This document shows, one piece after another, positions 1-7,200 of a stretch of 13,290 bases of DNA (the stretch's first letter is position 1; each line of letters starts with the position of its first letter). Location of the stretch: the NCBI GenBank assembly GCA_041572575.1, contig JBFFSH010000072.1:1-13290 (forward strand), in the 5' to 3' direction. The stretch is from Thermodesulfobacteriota bacterium (GTDB lineage Bacteria; Desulfobacterota_D; UBA1144; Nemesobacterales; N074bin48). Made by a program: the position numbers and the translations under genes. Below the pieces are notes generated by a model, which was not told where the DNA came from, made no database searches, and saw nothing but the letters and a program-made list of their open reading frames with translations.

Positions 1-1281
1 AAGCGGCGGCATTAGAACAACTACATTCCCAAGCGGGCGAAGAAGCACTTCATCGTCCATAGCCCTGTCACAAACCTGCCAGCCCATTTTTTCTTTGGCC
101 TCATAGGGCTTTTTGGTTTTTTTGTCTTCAACAAGCTCAATGCCTGCCATAAGCCCTTTATTTCTTACATTGCCAACATGGGAAAGCCCCGTGAATTCTT
201 TTAGCTCATTTTCAAAATATTCAATTTTCTCCTGCAGTTCGACAAGAGTATTGTTCTTTTCAAATACTTCAATGTTGGCAATTGAAGCAGCACACGAGAT
301 TGGATTTCCGGCGTAGCTGTGGCCATGAAAGAATGTCTTGTATTCTTCGTATTCTCCAAGGAATGCATCGTAGACTTTTTGGTTTGTTATTGTTGCCGAA
401 AGCGGCAGGTAGCCTCCTGTCATGCCCTTGCCCAGCACCAGAATATCCGGGGTCACATCTTCATGCTCACAGGCAAACATCTTTCCTGTTCTTCCAAAGC
501 CGGTTGCTACTTCATCTACTATTAGAAGCACATCATGTTTATCGCAGTATTCTCTAACCTTTTTAAGATAACCCTCGGGGGCTACTATCATGCCGCCCGC
601 AGCCTGTACATATGGCTCGAGGATTACGGCACAAATCTCATCATGATGTTCACTTAGTATTTTATCAATCTCATCAGCACAGGCTATATTGCATGAGGGA
701 TAAGTTTTGTTAAGCGGGCATCTGTAGCAGTAGTATGACGGGGCTTTGTATGTTTCAAAAAGAAGGTCTTTAAACGCTGAATGAAACATGTCAATTCCAC
801 CAACAGATACAGCTCCGAGTGTGTCACCATGATATCCGTTTTCGAGATAAACAAATTTGGTCTTTTCTGGCTTGCCTTTATTCTTCCAGTACTGAAAGGC
901 CATCTTGATCCCAACCTCTACAGCGCTTGCGCCGTCTCCCGAGTAGAAAACTTTTTTAAGCCCTTCGGGGCATATATTTATTAATTCTTCAGCAAGCTTT
1001 GCAGCGGGTGGGTTAGTTATTCCAAGAAGGGTTGAGTGGCTAATATTATCGACCTGATTTTTTATGGCCTCATCGATTTCGGGTACCTTGTGGCCGTGAA
1101 TGTTTACCCATAGTGAGGACACTCCGTCTATGTACTTTTTACCCTCAGAATCATACAGGTAAACGCCTTCTCCTTTTTCTATAACAACAGGTTCTTTTTG
1201 TTCATACTCCTGCATTTGGGTAAAAGGATGCCAGACGTATTCTTTGTCCAGATCGGCGGTTTTTTTTGAATCTTCACCCAT
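1..1281 (-). CDS. bioA: 7,8-diaminopelargonic acid (DAPA) aminotransferase, PLP-dependent class III; 3' end runs off the window
   Basis: Absent from the ORF track because there is no stop in the window. Manual translation from ATG at 1281 is open to base 1: MGEDSKKTADLDKEYVWHPFTQM...DGVSSLWVNIHGH...VEVGIKMAFQYW...GYHGDTLGAVSV...DEVATGFGRTG...PDILVLGKGMTGGYLP (PLP lysine)...FFHGHSYAGNP...LLRPLGNVVVLMPPL. These are BioA motifs, and the gene lies directly downstream of bioB. Confidence 0.95.
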   Translation of the reverse strand, partial: MGEDSKKTADLDKEYVWHPFTQMQEYEQKEPVVIEKGEGVYLYDSEGKKYIDGVSSLWVNIHGHKVPEIDEAIKNQVDNISHSTLLGITNPPAAKLAEELINICPEGLKKVFYSGDGASAVEVGIKMAFQYWKNKGKPEKTKFVYLENGYHGDTLGAVSVGGIDMFHSAFKDLLFETYKAPSYYCYRCPLNKTYPSCNIACADEIDKILSEHHDEICAVILEPYVQAAGGMIVAPEGYLKKVREYCDKHDVLLIVDEVATGFGRTGKMFACEHEDVTPDILVLGKGMTGGYLPLSATITNQKVYDAFLGEYEEYKTFFHGHSYAGNPISCAASIANIEVFEKNNTLVELQEKIEYFENELKEFTGLSHVGNVRNKGLMAGIELVEDKKTKKPYEAKEKMGWQVCDRAMDDEVLLRPLGNVVVLMPPL

Positions 1282-1329
1282 TATGGATAGCCTATAAATT
1301 AAGAACTATGGTAGAAATGTTATAAAAAA

Positions 1330-2319
1330 CTAGTTAGCTATGTCTTTTCTGATTGGAAGTTCAAGATCATCGAGCATCTTGAGGTCTTCTGCAGGTGTTC
1401 TTCCCGGAGTTGTAAGATAGTTGCCAAGAATCATGGCGTTTGCTCCGGCAACAAGTCCCATGGCCTGTAAATCTCTAAGTGTAACTTCTCTCCCACCGGC
1501 TGTCATAATTATTTTGTCTGGAAGAATAAGTCTATAAATAGATATTGTCCTTACAGCCTCAAACGGTGCTACCTTTTCAAATTCTGAAAATGGTGTGCCC
1601 GGGCGCGGGTTCAGGAAATTAATAGGCACCCACGTGGGGTTTAACTCTCTTAGCTCAAACGCAAGCTCAAGTCTCTGCCTTACAGATTCTCCCATCCCCA
1701 AGATTCCTCCGCAGCATAGGTTCATTCCGGTTTCTTTTACAAGCTCTGCGGTTTTTCTTCTATGGTCATAAGTGTGAGTTGTACAAATATTAGGAAAGTG
1801 GCTCCTGCATGTTTCCAGATTATGATTATATCTCCAAACTCCGTGATCCCTTAGTGTATAAGCCTGCTCTTCAGTGAGGTCGCCAAGGGAGCAGCCAACT
1901 TTAAGTTCTGTTTCTTTTACAAGAAGATCAACGGCTTCCAGTACCTTTTTGAATATTCTGGGAGTAGGACCCTTGGCGCTAATGACGATGCAAAAATCCA
2001 TGGCGCCATTCTTTTCAGCCTGTCTTGCAGCACCAAGTATCTTTTCTGCTGCCATAAGAGGATGGGCTTCTACTTCGGTATCAAAATGTACGGACTGTGA
2101 ACAAAAAGAGCAGTCCTCGGGGCAGTTGCCGGTCTGTGCGCTTATAATGGATCTTAAGAATACTCCGTCACCTTTGTACTTGAGTGTGACTTTTCTTGCA
2201 AGTGAAATAAGGTCAGGTACTTCATCCTTTGGAAGCTCGGTTAAAGCCACCGCTTCTTCAAATGTGATTTGATCTTCGTTTTCTAATAATTTTTCTGATA
2301 CAGTTGATAAGACTCCGAT
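1330..2319 (-). CDS. bioB: Biotin synthase (radical SAM). Canonical GTG start at 2250; probable true start is ATC at 2319
   Basis: Radical SAM motif CPEDCSFC followed by SQS, the YNHNLET motif, Cys ligands in DFCIV / GCSLG / LCCGGILGMGE, VPINFL, GGRE and GNYLTT. The frame stays open upstream of 2250 with BioB-like sequence (EKLLENEDQITFEEAVAL). The start position is uncertain. Confidence 0.95.
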   Translation of the reverse strand: MGVLSTVSEKLLENEDQITFEEAVALTELPKDEVPDLISLARKVTLKYKGDGVFLRSIISAQTGNCPEDCSFCSQSVHFDTEVEAHPLMAAEKILGAARQAEKNGAMDFCIVISAKGPTPRIFKKVLEAVDLLVKETELKVGCSLGDLTEEQAYTLRDHGVWRYNHNLETCRSHFPNICTTHTYDHRRKTAELVKETGMNLCCGGILGMGESVRQRLELAFELRELNPTWVPINFLNPRPGTPFSEFEKVAPFEAVRTISIYRLILPDKIIMTAGGREVTLRDLQAMGLVAGANAMILGNYLTTPGRTPAEDLKMLDDLELPIRKDIAN

Positions 2320-2363
2320 TTTGGGCCCCCCAAATAAATTAGCAGATTAAATTTGAACACTCT

Positions 2364-2392
2364 AATTTACTAAAAACAGGTATGAAAGTCAA
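2364..2392 (-). promoter_or_regulatory. Putative sigma70 promoter for bioB(-bioA)
   Basis: Minus strand TTGACT (2392-2387), 17 nt spacer, TAAATT (2369-2364), about 30 nt upstream of a GGGGGG SD-like run at 2331-2326. Confidence 0.6.
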
Positions 2393-2415
2393 TTTGAAGC
2401 ACAAGCTTATAAAAT

Positions 2416-2910
2416 TTATAAAGCAGCCAGTTTTTTAAGCTCTGTGTTTAGTTGTTTTATTGTTGTAATAATTGTACCGCCGCTTGCTCGAATGAAGTAT
2501 TCAACCTGCAGGTTTACGGTCGATCCGTCATTGTCGGCGCTTAATCTGAAATCTCCCCTATAACCTAATATCTTCTTGCCCTTTGCAAATGCATACCCAA
2601 TCTCAGCGGCAGTACCGCTGTCCACATCTACTCCATCAAGTACGGCAAGTATAATATCCGAACTTTCAATTTCTGTGGTATTTAACTTTCCCAGTTCTAG
2701 ATTTAACTTATACCATGCACTTCTTTTTCTTTTGCCATATTCTAAAGAAGATACTTCTTTTATTTGTTTGTTTAGACGAGTATTCCATGGGTCGTAATAT
2801 GAAAATCCCAGTTTCTTTATAGCAGGAATAATAATGTTACTATGAAACTGCCTACCCACTTCAGAAAAGCCAAGAGGACCGGCCAGGTATATTTTGATTT
2901 TTTTATTCAA
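2416..2910 (-). CDS. Nucleoside 2-deoxyribosyltransferase / nucleotide N-glycosidase family protein
   Basis: 164 aa with a TTG start. Family motifs: KIYLAGP at the N-terminus, DIILAVLDGVDVDSGTAAEIGYAFAKGKKI (catalytic Glu in AAEIG) and NLQV near the C-terminus. Confidence 0.85.
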   Translation of the reverse strand: MNKKIKIYLAGPLGFSEVGRQFHSNIIIPAIKKLGFSYYDPWNTRLNKQIKEVSSLEYGKRKRSAWYKLNLELGKLNTTEIESSDIILAVLDGVDVDSGTAAEIGYAFAKGKKILGYRGDFRLSADNDGSTVNLQVEYFIRASGGTIITTIKQLNTELKKLAAL

Positions 2911-2975
2911 TGTGAATTTTACTGTCTGATTGTTTTTTCATTATTAGCAATCTATTTTAGCAACTTATTTAATGA

Positions 2976-3004
2976 ATATTAGTTTATTTAATTTATATTG
3001 TCTA
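2976..3004 (-). promoter_or_regulatory. Possible sigma70 promoter for the deoxyribosyltransferase-family gene
   Basis: Minus strand TAGACA (3004-2999), 17 nt spacer, TAATAT (2981-2976). The region is very AT-rich, so a chance match is possible. Confidence 0.35.
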
Positions 3005-3100
3005 ATCATAGAAGATGTTTATTGGGGTTCTTTAAAAAAAGACTTTAATTTTCTTTAGAAATTTATTATATATAGTATTATTAATTAGTTTTTATAACTA

Positions 3101-3129
3101 TTGACATATTAAGTGAATTACTTTATTTT
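3101..3129 (+). promoter_or_regulatory. Putative sigma70 promoter for gspC
   Basis: Perfect -35 TTGACA (3101-3106), 17 nt spacer, TATTTT (3124-3129), about 30 nt before the gspC ATG. Confidence 0.5.
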
Positions 3130-3158
3130 TAAATTAATTATTAATTGGATTACTTAAG

Positions 3159-4091
3159 ATGCTTTCGGCAATAATAAAGAAATATATTAAAATTGTAGAA
3201 TTTGTACTAATTGCACTCATTGCAATCGTTTTTGTGCTAATAGTTCATGACAACTTTGTAAAACCATCATTATCTACAAGCAATCTTAAAAATAATAACA
3301 CTAATAAAAATAGCACCACTCGCAGAGCACCAACAGCAAATAGCACAAGACCCAGAGCATATTATAAGCCCATTCTTGCCAGTAATATATTTGGGTTAAA
3401 GAATATTGCAGTTTCAGATAGTTTAGCACCGGGACTTACAGGTGACAGAGACGCTCCGGAAACAAAGCTCAATATGGAGTTAATTGCAACTATAATAGAT
3501 ATTAACAATTCCCAGGCAGTATTGAAAAATTTGGATAACAACAAATCAAACGGCTATTTTATTGGTGATGAGGTAGATATATATAAATCTGAAAAAATAA
3601 AGATTTCTAAGGTCGAAAACTGTAAGGTGATATTGGAGCGAAGAAGCGGCTATGAAACAATAAAATGCAAAACAGTAACAGTTGCATCAACATCAAGAAA
3701 GCCTACACGAAACACCAGGCCAGAAATATCAAAACCTGACGATGATGAAGATGAAGCTCTTGATGAGGGCATAAAGAAAATCGGTGAAAATGAGTTTGAA
3801 GTAGACCAGGAGCTGCTCGATGAACTATTAGAGGATATTAACGAAATTATGGCTGAGGTGCGTGTGATACCAAATGAAGAAGGGCTCAAGCTCTTTGGTA
3901 TGAGGCGTAATACGTTCTTTTATAAAATAGGACTTAGAAACGGTGATACATTAAATATGATAAATGATGTGGAATTAACAGATGTGACAAATGCTCTTGG
4001 AATATTCCAGGAACTTAAAGGTCAGCCCAACTTTACCATTAACCTTACAAGGCGAAAGAAGAAGCACACTTTCGAGTACGCAGTCAGATAA
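3159..4091 (+). CDS. gspC: Type II secretion system protein C, with TM anchor, HR domain and C-terminal PDZ domain
   Basis: N-terminal TM segment (IVEFVLIALIAIVFVLIV), ILASNIFG motif, HR region (PETKLNMELIATII...), PDZ-like end (FYKIGLRNGDTLNMINDVEL...INLTRR). Lies immediately upstream of the secretin gene. Confidence 0.88.
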   Translation: MLSAIIKKYIKIVEFVLIALIAIVFVLIVHDNFVKPSLSTSNLKNNNTNKNSTTRRAPTANSTRPRAYYKPILASNIFGLKNIAVSDSLAPGLTGDRDAPETKLNMELIATIIDINNSQAVLKNLDNNKSNGYFIGDEVDIYKSEKIKISKVENCKVILERRSGYETIKCKTVTVASTSRKPTRNTRPEISKPDDDEDEALDEGIKKIGENEFEVDQELLDELLEDINEIMAEVRVIPNEEGLKLFGMRRNTFFYKIGLRNGDTLNMINDVELTDVTNALGIFQELKGQPNFTINLTRRKKKHTFEYAVR

Positions 4092-4152
4092 TTTACACCA
4101 TTTAATGAAACTCCAGTAGAGTTTTGTTTATTTTATAAATATAAAAAAGTAC

Positions 4153-4181
4153 TAGACTTAATATTAAAAGTAGTTTATGAT
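4153..4181 (+). promoter_or_regulatory. Putative internal sigma70 promoter for gspD
   Basis: TAGACT (4153-4158), 17 nt spacer, TATGAT (4176-4181), in the 131-nt gap between gspC and gspD, preceded by A/T tracts resembling an UP element. Confidence 0.5.
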
Positions 4182-4222
4182 TAAAACATAAAGTAATTTC
4201 TTAAACATTTTGGAGCAAGTTC

Positions 4223-7200
4223 ATGAGGGAGAAGATGAATAAAGAATTAGTGGCAATCTTAATATTGCTCACAACACTTGTAGCTACCAATTTATTTGCC
4301 CAGCACTCAATTGATGAGAATAAATCCAGTAAATCCGTAAGTTATAACTACAATAAGGATATTATAACTCATACGGTTGTAAAAGGCGATAGTATGGGTG
4401 GTCTGGCTTATCGTTATAAAACAACTGTAGACTATATAAAGCAGTTAAATAATATAACAAGGGATCAGGTATTTCTGGGTGAAGTTCTGAAAGTTCCTTT
4501 TAATACTAAAAATTCCAAGGGTAAAGACGCATATATAAGCTATACAATCCAAAAAGGTGACAGCCTTTCTCAAATTGCGTCTAAATATAAAACAGACACT
4601 AAATCTATAAAAATTGTTAATAAATTAGGTAGAAATCAGATAAACGTAGGGCAGAAACTATTAATTCCTTATAACAGGAAATTTGAGAGTTCGAAGGCCT
4701 ATGATTCTAAAGAAAGCATAAAAACAGCCTCTAAAATAGATAAAAAACCTGCTGCTATTCAGGTTAAGGGTAGTAAAAAGAAAGATTATCAAAAAGAAAT
4801 CGAAGATAAATATCTATCTTTTTTAGATAAACAGGAAAGATTAAAGAAAGAGGAACAAACTAAGATAAAAACAGCTTCATCAACGAATAAGAGTGTTAAA
4901 GAAACCTCAAAAAGCAATATAAACAGTCCTAAAGATAATAAAAACTATGCCGATCTGGAAAAATCACTTAAAAATGATCTTGTAAAAAGCACAAAAAGAG
5001 AAAAAGTAAAAACAGCTAAGATTACTAAGTCTGAAAATAGAGAATCCATAAATAAAGGTGCTTATATTGACTATGTTGTAAAGAGCGGTGACAGCATTTC
5101 CATACTTGCGCAAAAACATAATACAACTGCAAAAACTATAAGAACTTTAAACAATCTGGAAAGAAACCAGATAGATATTGGACAGACTCTTAAAATTCCA
5201 AATATTCCTGCCAGCAAGTATAAAACCTATCGAATAGAAAGTGGTGATAGCCTGTCTTATTTAGCTGATCGTCACGGAATTACTACAAAGGAGCTTATGG
5301 AGATAAATGGTCTTAGTTCAAAACAGATAAATATAGGCCAAAGAATAAAGCTTCCTTTGATCGAAGCGGATGTGCAGGAAAAACCAGAAATTGCAGCTAA
5401 AGAAGTTAAAGTAGCTAAAACAGAAACAATAGACAAGAAATCAGAAAAAAATGTAGAAAAGACTGAAATTAAACCACTCAAAACTACAGGTGGTGGACCA
5501 TTTCAGATAGCTTCTAATAAAGAAGAAATAATATTGGGTGTTAATACTGCAAAAGTAAAACAGCAAACAACTGAAAAAGTAGAGAATAAAACTGATCTAT
5601 CGAATGAGAAAACAGCAAAATCAGATAAATTGCCAAATAAGACAGATAAGCTAGATAATTCTAAAAACAACGATAAGCCAGTGCTGGTAAAAGCTCAAAC
5701 CAGTAAAACTGATAAGGTTATCAAACCAGATACAAAAATAGAAAAAGAAGTAAAAAAACCGGAAACTAAGCCGGTTATTCAGGTTAAAAAAGAATCAATC
5801 AAGACAGAAAATACAATTAAAAAAGTAGAAAATGAAGAAAAACAGTCTGATATCAAACCAGTTATTGAGGCTAAAAAAGAAACAAAAAAAGATATAATAA
5901 AACCTGAAACCACAACCCAGACCAAAAAAGAAGAAGTTATCAAAGTTGCCGAATCTGACAGCAATACTAAAAAATCTTTTAAAGTCGAAAAAACTCAAAC
6001 CGGGCAAAGTAACATTATTACTTATACAGTTGAAAGCGGAGACAGTGTTTCAGTGCTGGCTGATAAATATAACACTACATCGGCTGATATAAGGAAGTTA
6101 AATAGTTTAAAAGATAATAATATAAAGATAGGACAAAAACTTAAAATTTCTAAAATGCCTCCAAGCCCGTACCTCAGGTACAAAGTGCAAAGTGGAGATA
6201 GCCTTTCAATTGTGGCTGAAAAACATGGACTTACTACAAAACAGGCTATGGAGATTAATAATCTAGATTCAAAACAGATCAAGATTGGCCAGATATTAAA
6301 GTTTCCTAAAGAAATAGATAGCAAAAATGAGCATAAAACAACATTGGTTGCAATGGTTGATAGCAGTAAAGAAGCCAAAAGCGAAAAGATAATATCAGAA
6401 CCGGCCAAAGAAGTAGCTGTAAAAAAAGAAATAATTGAAGAGAAGAAAGAAGAAATAAAGCAAGAAGTAAAAGAAGTTAAGCAAAAAGAAGTTGAAAAGA
6501 CAGAAGAAAAAATAGAAGACATTAAAATAGTCAAAAAAGAAGAACCTGAAAGTCAGATAATTAAAAAAGATGAAAAGACAGAGCTTATAGCTAAAGAGGA
6601 AATAAATGAACCTGTAAAGGTTGAAAATGAAGCTTCAATACAAAATAAACTGGAGCCCAAAACTGAGATTAAAGAGAATTCCAAAGAAGTAATTGCTAAA
6701 GTTGAAGAGGTTGAAGAAGAAAATAAGATTGATGAGAAGCCACAGGCAACAAAAGCTGAAATAAAAAACACGGCTGCTCAGATTAATCCTGTAGATACCA
6801 GTAGTAGTGTTGTTAATGAACAAGTTGCTCCTGAAGAACCTAAAACAGAAAAGCTTGTGTATAGAGAAGGGGAGCAGGAAAACTACGGTGATGATGTAAC
6901 CCTGGCACAGCTTCTTACAATTGAAAACAGCAATATTCCTGAAGCAGATAAGAGGTATGAAAATCTCTTGGATGATCAGATAATGCTTGCAGCAAATAAT
7001 GACGGGCAGAGATATGATAGATTTGCTCAAAATACTCCGGAAACAAAACCGACAGTACCTGTAGTTAGAAGAGCTCCTGAGGTTGAAGCCACTGTTAACA
7101 TCCCTGATGAAATTGATCTAAGGGATTTTGTAAGGACCATAAGTGAAATTACTGGTGAAAGCTATATACTGGATGATAAGCTTAAATCACAGAAAGTTAC

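Noticed and set aside
680..740. Cys cluster YYCYRCPLNKTYPSCNIAC in BioA
   Set aside because: Similar Cys-rich loops are common in class III aminotransferases, so it is not distinctive.
113..984. Short ORFs 113-316, 282-557, 319-525, 781-984 (+) and 684-914 (-)
   Set aside because: All overlap the continuous bioA frame, antisense or out of frame, and show no recognisable motifs. The absence of bioA from the ORF track reflects the window edge, not pseudogenisation.
1874..2797. Plus-strand ORFs 1874-2272 and 2576-2797
   Set aside because: Antisense shadows of bioB and the deoxyribosyltransferase-family gene.
2911..3158. Very AT-rich intergenic region as a possible origin, ncRNA or CRISPR leader
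   Set aside because: No DnaA-box cluster, repeat-spacer array or GC-rich stems are evident; divergent promoters explain it.
4223..7093. LysM region as a peptidoglycan hydrolase or a separate gene
   Set aside because: I see no catalytic domain motif (M23, NlpC/P60, SLT, amidase), and no stop codon or second signal peptide before the secretin core.
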